Positions 1 to 13,070 of a stretch of 64,000 nt of DNA are shown piece by piece. The stretch is taken from NCBI GenBank assembly GCA_000165345.1, contig CM000433.1, positions 32,001-96,000 of the forward strand, written 5' to 3'. Under the pieces are notes generated by a model, which saw nothing but the letters and a program-made list of their open reading frames with translations, searched no databases and was not told the origin of the DNA. Position 1 is the first letter of the stretch; each line of letters opens with the position of its first letter. The position numbers were made by a program, and so were the translations under genes.

Positions 1-2309
1 ATTCTAAAGAGCTGGTTTTATGCCAAAAGTTTATTGTTAGAAGTCACTTTCAGATTGGTAATATATATCAACGCGAGCTAAAGTCTTTAAATTGGGGAGT
101 TAATGGGACAGTATATCGGACAGGAGAAGATGAAGATACTCCCAATTCTAATAATGAAGAAATACCAAATGCTCATTTCAATATAAAATATTCAAGCCCA
201 GAACTCTATTTACCTTTATCTAATACTCCTTTGACATTCATTAAAGAACCTGGAGATTTAAGAAGAATGATAGATGATATTCTGAATTTAATGGAATCTC
301 ACTATAGTCAAAGTAGTATGAATGAAGAAAGTAGTCCTTTTCTCCTTGCTATTGATGTTGAACACCATTCAAATCAAAGCTATAAAGGATTTGTTTCATT
401 AATACAACTAAGCACAAGAACACATGATTACATCATTGATCCTTTTAATTTGTTCAATGAAATTCAAATGCTTAATGAACTAACAGCTAATCCAAAGATT
501 CTGAAAGTTCTCCATGGATCAGATTACGATATAATCTGGTTGCAAAGGGATTTTTCTGTCTATATTGTAAATATGTTTGATACTGGACAAGCAGCTAGAA
601 TTCTTAATACCCCTGGAGGATATTCTCTTAAGAATTTATTGAGTATATATTGCTCCCTAGATATTGATAAACGATTTCAATTAGCAGACTGGAGAGAAAG
701 ACCTTTAAGTAATGAATTAATAGAGTATGCTAGAGGCGATACACACTATTTACTTTATATTTATGATATTATGAAGAACCTTTTGTTATTACATAGGCAT
801 AAAAATACTGAACCTCCTGTACTGGCTTCAGATGCTTTTATGGAGGTAAAAGACAACTTAATAATACTTAAGCCAGACATCATAGAAAGGATGGACTTTG
901 GTAGTTACCATAATTTTTTAATTGAAGGAGAAAATGGAAGTAAATTGGTAAAAGTCACAGATTTGGACCCATCAGCACTGTTAACTGTACTTCACAATAG
1001 TCGCCAGATCTGTCTAAAAGAATACTTTGAAAAGCCATTGGATGTTTGGAGTCTTTGCTATGGAGTTAGAACTAAGATATCCAAGTCAAGTTACAAAACT
1101 CCCATAGATAGTGCAATCGTTACGTTAGTAAGCTATTATTTGTTTATTTGGAGGGATTCTATCGCAAGACTTTTGGATGTTAGTCCTAGTTATGTTCTCA
1201 AAGAGTCAATGATAATAAAAATATGTCAAAAACAGCCAATGAATAGTGTAGAAATTCTTGGATTATATCCAAATATCCCAGTAAATATTAAAAAGCATTC
1301 TGATCATATTTTAAATATTGTTACAACAGTAAAAAATTTCATTACAACAAAATCTGAAGATGATATCTTTGACTTTAATTCCTATATTTCTCACATTTAC
1401 TCTAAAATTGCAAATTCCAGCAATAATGTCAGCAGTGTGAATAAATATATGGTAAACAAAAATTACAAAGTTATTTCTACGTATAACAGTAGTGATTCTG
1501 TTTGTTTAGAAGTAACAAGTGATTCTAATCAAAGCTCTTCAATAAAAGAAAATGAAGTCTCAAGTTCAGAAACACATTTGAATGACAATCAACCACATGA
1601 TACTCCCGCTATTAGTGGAGCCAGGAGGAGGTCTGTTACAATTAAAAAGAACTCTCCTGGCTTTAATGACAAACTTGCAGATAATCTTTTTGGTAACTCT
1701 TATAAAAGCTTTGGAAATGAGTTAAATTCAAGTAATTCACCCCTAAACACTACTGTTGGTAAAATTTCAAGCAGAATCATTCAGGATATTAATAATACTT
1801 TAAATGGAGAGGTACCAAGCGACTTTAGAAATAAAAAATTAAAAGAAATTAAAGAAAATAGTCCAGTACCAGTAAGCAATTCAGAAATTTCTGAAGAAAT
1901 AAATACTAAAAAAGAAATGACATTCGAGGAGTACTATTTAAAAAAAACTAAAGAAGAACTACTCGAAGATGAATGCTTTACTCCTTTAGTTTCAGTCAGG
2001 GATAAATATAATGAAAACGACGACTATCTTTACAAAAAACAGAAAACTTCAAAAAATAAAGCAGAAAATGACCAGGAATCTCAAGATACTAGTCAAAAAT
2101 CTTCAGCCAATATTGAAAAAGAGTATGATAACAATGCTCCTGATATTTCTGATATAATAAAAGAAAATGTTGACATTTTGCCCGCCAGTTTCGCATGCAA
2201 ATCTGATTTACCTGGTTTCATTAAAAATACTCAGAAAGAGGGGGTTGCAAATAAATCGAAAAAATATATTGAGTCAATGAAGACTAAAAAGTGGCACAAG
2301 AAGAGGTAG
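1..2309 (+). CDS. RRP6: Exosome 3'-5' exoribonuclease Rrp6 (PM/Scl-100)-like, 5'-truncated by the window edge. Frame 3 stays open back to base 3, so the listed TTG at 231 is not the start.
   Basis: Translation contains a DEDDy 3'-5' exonuclease core (LLAIDVEHHS...FVSLIQLST, YARGDTHYLLYIYD) followed by an HRDC-like region and a K/E-rich tail. The upstream in-frame sequence (SKELVLCQKFIV...) has no stop back to base 3. Stop is TAG at 2307-2309. Confidence 0.8.
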   Translation, partial: SKELVLCQKFIVRSHFQIGNIYQRELKSLNWGVNGTVYRTGEDEDTPNSNNEEIPNAHFNIKYSSPELYLPLSNTPLTFIKEPGDLRRMIDDILNLMESHYSQSSMNEESSPFLLAIDVEHHSNQSYKGFVSLIQLSTRTHDYIIDPFNLFNEIQMLNELTANPKILKVLHGSDYDIIWLQRDFSVYIVNMFDTGQAARILNTPGGYSLKNLLSIYCSLDIDKRFQLADWRERPLSNELIEYARGDTHYLLYIYDIMKNLLLLHRHKNTEPPVLASDAFMEVKDNLIILKPDIIERMDFGSYHNFLIEGENGSKLVKVTDLDPSALLTVLHNSRQICLKEYFEKPLDVWSLCYGVRTKISKSSYKTPIDSAIVTLVSYYLFIWRDSIARLLDVSPSYVLKESMIIKICQKQPMNSVEILGLYPNIPVNIKKHSDHILNIVTTVKNFITTKSEDDIFDFNSYISHIYSKIANSSNNVSSVNKYMVNKNYKVISTYNSSDSVCLEVTSDSNQSSSIKENEVSSSETHLNDNQPHDTPAISGARRRSVTIKKNSPGFNDKLADNLFGNSYKSFGNELNSSNSPLNTTVGKISSRIIQDINNTLNGEVPSDFRNKKLKEIKENSPVPVSNSEISEEINTKKEMTFEEYYLKKTKEELLEDECFTPLVSVRDKYNENDDYLYKKQKTSKNKAENDQESQDTSQKSSANIEKEYDNNAPDISDIIKENVDILPASFACKSDLPGFIKNTQKEGVANKSKKYIESMKTKKWHKKR

Positions 2310-2403
2310 TTATTTCAAATAAACTTTTTGGAAATTTTTTACTTCTTCTAATCCATACTATTCTCAATACTTTTTTATTTATAATTATTAAACTTATTAT
2401 AAT

Positions 2404-2417
2404 TTAGGCGCCAATTT
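2404..2417. promoter_or_regulatory. E2F-like site TTAGGCGCCAATTT
   Basis: GC-rich GGCGCC core inside >85% AT spacer. Reverse strand reads AATTGGCGCC (cf. E2F consensus TTTSSCGC). Confidence 0.3.
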
Positions 2418-2632
2418 CTATTTGTATTTGCAATTATAAATATTTTAAGTATTTCTAAACATTGTTTGTATTGAACTTAATAAGAACATTTAGGTGCAAT
2501 ACATAAAAGGAAATTCAGTTTGATAAAGAATAGAATAGTTACTCTAGGTTCTATTAGAATATATGTAAATATAAATATATTATAAATGCGAAGAATGTGG
2601 GATAAATATTGTAAATCAAGGAATTATTTCTT

Positions 2633-5035
<2,403 letters not shown>

Positions 5036-5462
5036 TTAGTTTTAATGAATTACTTTCTGCTTCCAAAAAATTTGCATACAAATATATCATAAATATGTTG
5101 GATTGTTATATAGAAGTACATACCATATATTACTTAATACCATATAGTAATGGTTGATACTATAAAATTATATTACTTTCACTATTGAATTATTATTTTT
5201 GTTATTCTTTTGCTTTTCGTTTGTTTTTTTTTCTAGTTTTATTTTTCCTTCTCACAGATTAATTTTTGGCCACATTTGGCGGTAAAAAAGGTAGAATAAT
5301 GAGTTACTGCTTGTATTATTAGACCAAGTATTAAATCTTAGAATATAAAAGAGAATATTGACTAATACTTTTTTTTTGAGAGAAACCAACAAGTGTAGAA
5401 AGAGTAACTATATTAAATTTTAAATAAATAATCAATTTATTGAAAGTTATTAATGCAGAATA

Positions 5463-6494
5463 ATGATATCAAATCCATTACTTGATTTAAATTTGTCTAA
5501 TAATGACATTAAAAAATCTGAAAGTAGCAATAAAAGACTGACAAAAAGTCAAAAAAAGATGATTGCTCGTGAAAATAGGAAATTGAAACTGAAATCACAG
5601 CGAGTTGAAGAGAGAAAAAGACAAAGAAGTCAGGCTTCATCTCAAAGAAAAGAATTTTTAAATTCTATGACTGAAGATGAAAGAAGATCTTATATATTAA
5701 GAGAACGCTTTATAGAAGAGCATAAAAGATTCTTTCTCTCAAAATTCTCTATTTCTCATTTCTCTGATTATAAATTTGAAAAAACAGGTAATCCTCATAT
5801 ATGTTTTAATTTTAGTTTTGAAAATAAAATGACTGAGAAGGAAATGAATTCTTTAATACGACAAATCTCTCTTGCTAATAGCTATATGATGAGGTCATTA
5901 AAGATAGTTGATACAGAAAATCCAGATTCAGACGCAATGAAAACATTGTTGGAGCTAGGCCCAAATTCAGAAACTTCAAAGTCGTACTATAATAGGTTCA
6001 ATTGGAAAGGTTGGGTAGATTTTCACATATCTTCAATTAAATTAAATGATACATTTCACCAAATCGGAATTGAAAAGTACTCTATGAATAAATGGTTCAT
6101 GAAATTACATGAAAAACCATTTTGGGAAGTATTTCCTTTAAGCCAAATCGTAGTTCTTTCTCCTGATTCATCCGAAGAACTTGAAGAATTTGAACCAGAT
6201 AAGGTTTATATTATTGGAGGGCTAGTTGATAGAACTGTTACCAAGTACGAATCTTTAAATCAAGCCTTGGAGAAGAAGTGCGTATGCAAAAAACTGCCTG
6301 TTAAATCATTAATTAGTGGAAGAGCTAATTGTATTCTAAATGTAAATACTGTAGTTGAAATATTAGTCAATAGATATCATCAAAACGATTGGAAGACTTC
6401 TATTTCACAAGCTATTCCTGTTAGAAAAGCTCAAAATCATAGCAGAAGAGCTGTAAAAAAACAAAAACTTTTAAATTCATCAACTAATTGTTAA
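5463..6494 (+). CDS. TRM10: TRM10-type tRNA (guanine/adenine-9-N1)-methyltransferase (SPOUT family)
   Basis: ATG at 5463. A K/R-rich N-terminus is followed by a SPOUT domain with VVLSPDS...KVYIIGGLVDRT...NTVVEILV motifs typical of Trm10/TRMT10. TAA stop. Confidence 0.75.
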   Translation: MISNPLLDLNLSNNDIKKSESSNKRLTKSQKKMIARENRKLKLKSQRVEERKRQRSQASSQRKEFLNSMTEDERRSYILRERFIEEHKRFFLSKFSISHFSDYKFEKTGNPHICFNFSFENKMTEKEMNSLIRQISLANSYMMRSLKIVDTENPDSDAMKTLLELGPNSETSKSYYNRFNWKGWVDFHISSIKLNDTFHQIGIEKYSMNKWFMKLHEKPFWEVFPLSQIVVLSPDSSEELEEFEPDKVYIIGGLVDRTVTKYESLNQALEKKCVCKKLPVKSLISGRANCILNVNTVVEILVNRYHQNDWKTSISQAIPVRKAQNHSRRAVKKQKLLNSSTNC

Positions 6495-6846
6495 ATATAT
6501 ATAGTTAAATCATAAATTAATCTATTTTTATAATATTTTATGTTCATATTTTTTTTTTTAAATATATTATCAAAATTATAATATTACTATTTATTATTAT
6601 TTACTATTTTTTCTTCGACTAATAATTTTATCCACATGAATCAAATAATTTAATAAATTTGCACACACAAAGAAATTAATACAATAACGATTTCAATTTA
6701 TTGTTATTGAAAGAAAACGATAAGCAGATGTTCCGTGTTAATTTTGGATTGAAGTAGGTTTCTATTTTATTGATAAACAATCTTTAATGCAGTAAATTAT
6801 ATTAATTATTTTTATTTATTAAATAAACAATGCATTTGACCATAGA

Positions 6847-6857
6847 CAGGCGGGACG
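6847..6857. promoter_or_regulatory. GGCGGGA (E2F-like) element about 410 bp upstream of the ferlin gene
   Basis: CAGGCGGGACG in AT-rich upstream DNA. Confidence 0.3.
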
Positions 6858-7267
6858 TACACTTGTAAATAATTTAATAAAAAAAAGGATCTTAAAGTAA
6901 AAACAAGACTAAATGGCATAATAACATAGATCATATAAAAAGCAAACAGAAGAAAATAAAGATTAAGTACTAATAAAACCAAGCTTGTTGAATATACTGA
7001 ATGAGATGTTTTTTTTTTGTAAATAAACAAGAGTTAAATTAGTTTTAAGCGAAAATTTAATACTTTAATTTACTTAAAAAGAGAAATAGATTATTTTAAA
7101 AAGTGGGTAAATCAAAATAAAGGATAAACAGGGAAAATTACTATATAATTGTTTATATGTATCATATTTCTAATAATTCAGAAAAATTACAGGAATTTGT
7201 TATTATATTTTATAGTAAAATTTAATATTAATTTGCTTTATTAGTGCTATCATATAAATAAAAAAGG

Positions 7268-10200
7268 ATGCTATGGGGTCATCAACAAGCATACAATGTT
7301 ATTGTGGAAGTATTGGAAGTTCAGAACTTAGTTTGGCCAATAGATATTGCTTTAACAGATAAGAAAACAAAGATTGATGCAAAGCTACCAAATCCAATAG
7401 TGGAGGTAACAATAAGGAATGAGACCTATCATACGGATTCTAAGGAAGCCACCTCATCATGCGCATTTAATCAGACATTTTACTTCCAAAATATGATGTT
7501 GGATTCATTGGAGTTTCAAAGATCAACTGTGGAAATTAGAGTTCTAAATCAAGGTTTTTTTAAACAAGAGTTAATAGGAATGTATACTGGCTCCTTTGAA
7601 AAGATATATAGTCTCCCAAATCATAGGTTACTTAAAACTTTGGTTCCAATAACAATACCTGAAAGGCCATCAATACCTTTAGGATATATTCGATTATCAA
7701 TTTATGTTTTAGGAGAAAATGATTTGGTAGCGCCAGAAGATTCTTTTGGATATAATGATGATGGTGTTGGCAATATATTAACAGTCTCTTCTCACTCAGT
7801 CCCTGCTCCTGAGTTAGCAATAACTTATTATCATTTAAATTTTAATGTCCACTTGGCGAGAGATGTATTGCTTCCAGATTATGCAGATTTATCACACCAA
7901 GAAGCAGATAGTTATCTACCAAGTCCATTTGTAAGAATTGTAGCTTTGGATAACGCTTTAGAAACAGAAATTATCAGATCAACTCCATCACCAGTATGGA
8001 ATGAAACTTTAAAGTTTCCTGTAGGGATTCCATGTCTAGATGATAGAATTGTTTTAGAGCTATGGGATGCTTATGGTGGAGGAGATGGCCCAAGACTAGT
8101 AGCTCAAACAAAGTTGAGTTTGCAAGATATCTTACAATCAGAGTTGGGTCCAACTTGGTTGCATTTCTATGGACAAACAACTGGATTGAGAGGTAGTGCA
8201 ATAGATATTAAAGCTGTGGCTTTAAATTCATTTAATTCTCAAGGTAATGGTGAGCAAAGCCAATTGAGAATTCTTCCAGTAACCATTCCGAACTCAGGAT
8301 TTGGAGTTTTAGGAATGTTTGATACAAAAAATGTAACAACATTTCCTTGTGTTGCATATTTAGGCCGCTTATTGGTTTCAGCAAGCCTTTCAAGAATACC
8401 AAATCCAACTCCCATTAAAACTTCAGCTCAACCTGTTGAGATTCCAAAAACGGATCCATATTTATTTTGGGCTGACATTTATGAAATTAGTGGATTAGGA
8501 CTCCCTTCTGAGGTATATATTGAATTAAGTGTGGGATCATGGACTTATTGGGTGATTCCCAACTTTCAAAAGAAAATCTCTGACTCATTTCCTTTATGTG
8601 ATAAGCTTGGAAGAGTTCCTGATCAGAGTTTTGCTTTGCCAGAAATAGATATGAGCTCAGATTTACTCATTCGAGTATATACAAAAGATGAATCGCATAG
8701 TAAACCTTTGTTTCATTCATATATTCGAATCTCTGCTAATGAAATGCTAAGATATTCTTCTGATAGACCAAGATGGTATCCATTATTATCTGCAGCCCAT
8801 TATGGTATTATGGTAGGACAAGATATACCTTATGATGAAGCTGCTGCTTTATCACATATTAAGCATTATGGAATGTTATTAGGATCTTTCATACTTCGAA
8901 AAAATGATCCAGAAAAACAATTTGAGTATTTTATTCCATCATTATCAAATATTCAAAGACCTCCAAGAATTAAATATAACTTATGTAGATGGATCTGCAG
9001 AGCATATATTTTTCAAGCTATAAGACTTCCTGTTGTTGAATCTACTTTACCAGATTCTTTAGTTATGGTTACTTTAGGAGGTGGTACAGTTTTAACAGAA
9101 ATTATCCCAAATACAGTAAATCCAGATTGGCATGAAGCTTTAGTTTTTGATGCAGCACTTCCTGATGATCTTTCTATTGCACAATGGTTAAATATTGCAA
9201 TTTTACATGAGGATATTGTTTTAGGTTCTGCTGCAATTTCTCCTTTATATATTGGATTCATGAAAAAGAGTAGACCAGAATGGTTTGTATTACAAACCCC
9301 GAGAACACCAGAATGTAAAGCAAGGATATTATGTGCATTTGAACTTGTTAAAATAGGTGATATGATGGGTAATGTCTTATTTTCTTCACTATCTAATCAG
9401 TTTGAGTTGAACAATATTGAAAATGATCCAAATTATGATTTAATTAATAATTTTAAGGCTTGGTCAATTCCAGATGTAACTCCAAAGTATGTTCCATGTG
9501 ATGTACATTTATTTCTAATTGGAATAAGATTAAGAAATCAAAATGATTCAAATAATTCAATATTTTCTATGTCATCTTCATCAAAACCAATAATACAATT
9601 TGAGTTTGGTAGAGATCCAGAAAAACCAGAAAATAGATTATGGGTACAACAAGCAACACAACCAATACATGGTGGTGATTCTGGGAATTATAATTATTTA
9701 AAAAGTTTATGTTTAAAATGTCATATACCAGCCTCTCCAATCTTTCAAACTTATATTGAAATAAGAATTCTTGAGCCAGCAAATGTATTTGGTACAAAAT
9801 GTAAAGAATTTGGAACAGCTTATTTACATTTAAATCATCATCTTCCATGGATTGAAGAATATCATCAAAGATCATTAAAAACAGAATTTCAATATTTACC
9901 TCCAAAATTAGTAAATAAGAAATGGTTAAGTAGTGGTCGAAAATTTTTAAGTAAATATTATAGAGGACCATGGAAATTATGGAAAAATAAGCCTAGAGAA
10001 ATATTATCTCCAAAAATAAGTATTAGAGGTGCTAATTCAGCATCATCAATTATAAAATCTTCTTCAAGATCATCATTAATATCACTACCTAGTGGTGAAA
10101 TTATTGAAAATGTTTCAATAAATGATGATAGTTTTGATTTTGATAATTTACGTAAAGAAATGGGTGATTTTAATGAAATTAATTCTAATAAAGGAATACA

Positions 10201-13033
10201 AAGAAATGGTGGAGGAGTTAATGATAATGATGATGAATTATATTGTACTCCAGAAGAATTAAATAATCGTAATCTTCAACAAAATAATAATGAAAAAAAA
10301 TATGATGATCAATTTGATGATTTTTTTGATGTATTTTATGATCAATCATCATCAGTATTAGCAGATACTGGTCAATTTACTAATAATAAAAATGGTTTAT
10401 TAGTTTCAGAAAATAATAAATTTGATTTAGGTATACCTAATGTATTACAGGATTTATTATTTGGTAATGATAATATAAATAAAAGTGAATCAAGTCAAAA
10501 TAATAATATTAACATTAATAATTTAAATCAATTAAAAGAATTAAAACCTTTTGATTTGATGAATACTGCTGAAATATTATCAAATTGTCTTCATATTGGA
10601 GAGGATGAATCATTTATTAATGATCCAACATTAAATATTCCAATACATGATTTAGAAGCATTAAATTCTTGTATTTCATCAATGGAGGCTTATATTAAAC
10701 CTTTGAAAAACAATCAAAAGAATATTAAAGATTATGAAGATTTAGAGAATATTAATCCATATTTAAATATGGCAAAAAGTATTAATTGGGGTGTAAAGTC
10801 TCAATTATATGATTATTCTAATACAAAAAGATTGTATGGTACAAATAAAGAACAATTGGATTTATTTTTTTCTTATGGATTAAGAAAGAGTTCAAGTAAT
10901 TATAATATGATGGCAGATATAGAAGAGAATATGGATTTTTTTGATAATAATAATAATAATATGAATGATGGATTATTATATGAACTTGATGATGATGAAA
11001 ATGATTATCAAGATGAATTGAATCATGATTATGAAACAGAATTAGATATGGATGAGCTACCTTATGATTCTGTTCCAATTATATCAGCAAATAGAACAGG
11101 TGAAGCAGAAGTTGTTGGATTTATTAAAGTATATTGTAAAATATTATCAAAGTTTTCTTTAAAAAATAAAAATAGTAAAAAATCAAATAATGAAGTTGAA
11201 GATGATAATAATAATAATAATAATAGAAATATTAAAAATAATTCTGAAAATGATAAAGTAAATATTCAAACACCAATACCAAAGTTATTACCATTATCTT
11301 CAAGGGAATTAAAAGAATATAATGAAAGAAGAACAAGTATACAACAATATCAACAGAAACAGATAGAATTAGGAGGAAATAAGAATATAATATCATTATT
11401 AAAAACTGATTCACAATATATAGATAATAATTCTTCAAGACTATCATCAATTTCAATGTCATCATCATCATCATCATCATCATCTCCTTCTTTTTTGACT
11501 AAATTACATAATAGAAGATTTTCATTATCATCTTTTGATGAAGGGGATAGTGTTGTTACATATAAAAGTAGAAATAATAGTATTAATGATGATAATAATA
11601 TTTATAATATAAATAATGGAAATGAAAATAATTATTATATAATGAATAATGATAATAGTTCAATAAGTTCAGTAATGAGTAATGATAGTTATATTTATGA
11701 TCCAATGTTGGAAAGATTAAAACATCAAATATTAGAAATTCCACGTTTTAAAGTACGTGTATATATATTAACAGGACATGGATTTGTTCCACCAAAACAA
11801 TACTCTAGAAATGCATTAATTTCATTAGGTGGAAATTCTGGTGGTAGTAATGAAGCTAATTGGTTTATTAATGTAAAAACAGGTTCAAATACAGTTAATA
11901 ATGCTTTAGATGGATTTGGTGATGGAGGAGGAGATATGCTAATATCAAAAGGAATGTTTGAAATTAATGATTCAGAAAGTATATCAAAAGGTTTTTCACC
12001 AGATTTCTATAAATCTTATGAGTTAGATGCAATTTTACCATTAAATGCTTTATTAACAATAACAGTATTTCATAAGAATAAAAATAATAATATAACAACA
12101 TTATATGGTAGAACATATATAGATATAGAAGATCGCTTCTTTCATCCAATATATCAAAAATTAATATTAAATTCAGAATCATTACAACCAATTGAAATAA
12201 GACAATTATATGGTGTTTTTGCAAATGATTCAAATTGTGGAAATAATTTAATACAAAATTCAGTAGGGAGTTTGAGATGTTGGATTCAGGTATTACCACC
12301 AGAAATAGCAATAATAAGACCAATATATCCATTAAATCCTCCAACAGTGGAAACATGTCAAGTTAGGGTTGTAATATATAGGTTAAAAAATATACCTATT
12401 TCAAAATTAGTCAATAATACAGGTATATTAGCATTTGGTGAACCATCAATATCGTTAATGGTAAAAGGATTAATGTCACCAAATAATAATACAATATTAG
12501 AGCAAGATACAGATACACATTGGAATAGTAGTGATGGTACAGCAATATTTAATTGGAGATTTGTATTTAATATACCAGTACCATGCCATTTTCCAATATT
12601 ACGTTTACAAGTATGGAATAGAGGATTATTAGTATTTGGAGATGCAATATCAGAATGTTCATTTGATTTATCAAGTTATTTAATGAGATCAAGAAAATTG
12701 AATAGTAAAGTAAATATTAGTAGAACTTTAATAAATATGTGTCATCCAGCTAGACCAAATGAAAAGAGAGGAGAGATGGAAATTGAGATATCAATATTAC
12801 CTTTATCATTAGCAGAATCATCACCAGTTGGAATAGGTAGAGAGGAGCCAAATAAAGATCCATATTTACCAGATGTAACAGATCATAGAAATTATATAAC
12901 AACAAGTGCATTTGGTAAAGGATTCTTTTCAGCTACTTCAAATGTGAAATGGGGAGCAAAGTTGATGACTTGGTTAATTACAGCAGTAGTAATAATAACA
13001 ATATTATCATTATTAATAAAACTATTTAAATAG
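7268..13033 (+). CDS. Ferlin-like protein (1921 aa): multiple C2 domains, a long internal N/D/S-rich low-complexity insert, and a C-terminal single transmembrane anchor
   Basis: ATG at 7268. The N-terminal C2-like domain reads PNPIVEVTIRNETYHTDSKEATSSCAFNQTFYF. Further C2-like blocks lie along the protein. The extreme C-terminus, LMTWLITAVVIITILSLLIKLFK, is a tail anchor as in dysferlin, otoferlin and Fer1. The size fits the family. Residues ~900-1450 are N/S/D-rich filler. Confidence 0.55.
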   Translation: MLWGHQQAYNVIVEVLEVQNLVWPIDIALTDKKTKIDAKLPNPIVEVTIRNETYHTDSKEATSSCAFNQTFYFQNMMLDSLEFQRSTVEIRVLNQGFFKQELIGMYTGSFEKIYSLPNHRLLKTLVPITIPERPSIPLGYIRLSIYVLGENDLVAPEDSFGYNDDGVGNILTVSSHSVPAPELAITYYHLNFNVHLARDVLLPDYADLSHQEADSYLPSPFVRIVALDNALETEIIRSTPSPVWNETLKFPVGIPCLDDRIVLELWDAYGGGDGPRLVAQTKLSLQDILQSELGPTWLHFYGQTTGLRGSAIDIKAVALNSFNSQGNGEQSQLRILPVTIPNSGFGVLGMFDTKNVTTFPCVAYLGRLLVSASLSRIPNPTPIKTSAQPVEIPKTDPYLFWADIYEISGLGLPSEVYIELSVGSWTYWVIPNFQKKISDSFPLCDKLGRVPDQSFALPEIDMSSDLLIRVYTKDESHSKPLFHSYIRISANEMLRYSSDRPRWYPLLSAAHYGIMVGQDIPYDEAAALSHIKHYGMLLGSFILRKNDPEKQFEYFIPSLSNIQRPPRIKYNLCRWICRAYIFQAIRLPVVESTLPDSLVMVTLGGGTVLTEIIPNTVNPDWHEALVFDAALPDDLSIAQWLNIAILHEDIVLGSAAISPLYIGFMKKSRPEWFVLQTPRTPECKARILCAFELVKIGDMMGNVLFSSLSNQFELNNIENDPNYDLINNFKAWSIPDVTPKYVPCDVHLFLIGIRLRNQNDSNNSIFSMSSSSKPIIQFEFGRDPEKPENRLWVQQATQPIHGGDSGNYNYLKSLCLKCHIPASPIFQTYIEIRILEPANVFGTKCKEFGTAYLHLNHHLPWIEEYHQRSLKTEFQYLPPKLVNKKWLSSGRKFLSKYYRGPWKLWKNKPREILSPKISIRGANSASSIIKSSSRSSLISLPSGEIIENVSINDDSFDFDNLRKEMGDFNEINSNKGIQRNGGGVNDNDDELYCTPEELNNRNLQQNNNEKKYDDQFDDFFDVFYDQSSSVLADTGQFTNNKNGLLVSENNKFDLGIPNVLQDLLFGNDNINKSESSQNNNININNLNQLKELKPFDLMNTAEILSNCLHIGEDESFINDPTLNIPIHDLEALNSCISSMEAYIKPLKNNQKNIKDYEDLENINPYLNMAKSINWGVKSQLYDYSNTKRLYGTNKEQLDLFFSYGLRKSSSNYNMMADIEENMDFFDNNNNNMNDGLLYELDDDENDYQDELNHDYETELDMDELPYDSVPIISANRTGEAEVVGFIKVYCKILSKFSLKNKNSKKSNNEVEDDNNNNNNRNIKNNSENDKVNIQTPIPKLLPLSSRELKEYNERRTSIQQYQQKQIELGGNKNIISLLKTDSQYIDNNSSRLSSISMSSSSSSSSSPSFLTKLHNRRFSLSSFDEGDSVVTYKSRNNSINDDNNIYNINNGNENNYYIMNNDNSSISSVMSNDSYIYDPMLERLKHQILEIPRFKVRVYILTGHGFVPPKQYSRNALISLGGNSGGSNEANWFINVKTGSNTVNNALDGFGDGGGDMLISKGMFEINDSESISKGFSPDFYKSYELDAILPLNALLTITVFHKNKNNNITTLYGRTYIDIEDRFFHPIYQKLILNSESLQPIEIRQLYGVFANDSNCGNNLIQNSVGSLRCWIQVLPPEIAIIRPIYPLNPPTVETCQVRVVIYRLKNIPISKLVNNTGILAFGEPSISLMVKGLMSPNNNTILEQDTDTHWNSSDGTAIFNWRFVFNIPVPCHFPILRLQVWNRGLLVFGDAISECSFDLSSYLMRSRKLNSKVNISRTLINMCHPARPNEKRGEMEIEISILPLSLAESSPVGIGREEPNKDPYLPDVTDHRNYITTSAFGKGFFSATSNVKWGAKLMTWLITAVVIITILSLLIKLFK

Positions 13034-13070
13034 TAGCATTTGATTAGAGATTAAATAAATTATTTATACA

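Noticed and set aside
2310-2632. Looked for terminator-like hairpins and polyadenylation signals in the convergent 3' spacers (2310-2632, 17182-17651, 29960-30066)
   Set aside because: AATAAA-like strings are ubiquitous in this AT-rich DNA, so individual sites cannot be called with any specificity.
6812-7030. 72-aa minus-strand ORF upstream of the ferlin gene
   Set aside because: F/L/Y-rich translation of AT-rich spacer. It overlaps the GGCGGGA promoter element and has no start context or domain.
7632-12356. Numerous 60-134 aa ORFs on the minus strand inside the ferlin gene (7632, 7974, 9013, 9567, 10818, 11232, 11964)
   Set aside because: Antisense to a long conserved CDS. They are F/L/I/Y-rich or homopolymeric (MMMMMMMM, YYYYYY) translations of the AT-rich complement, with no domain signal.
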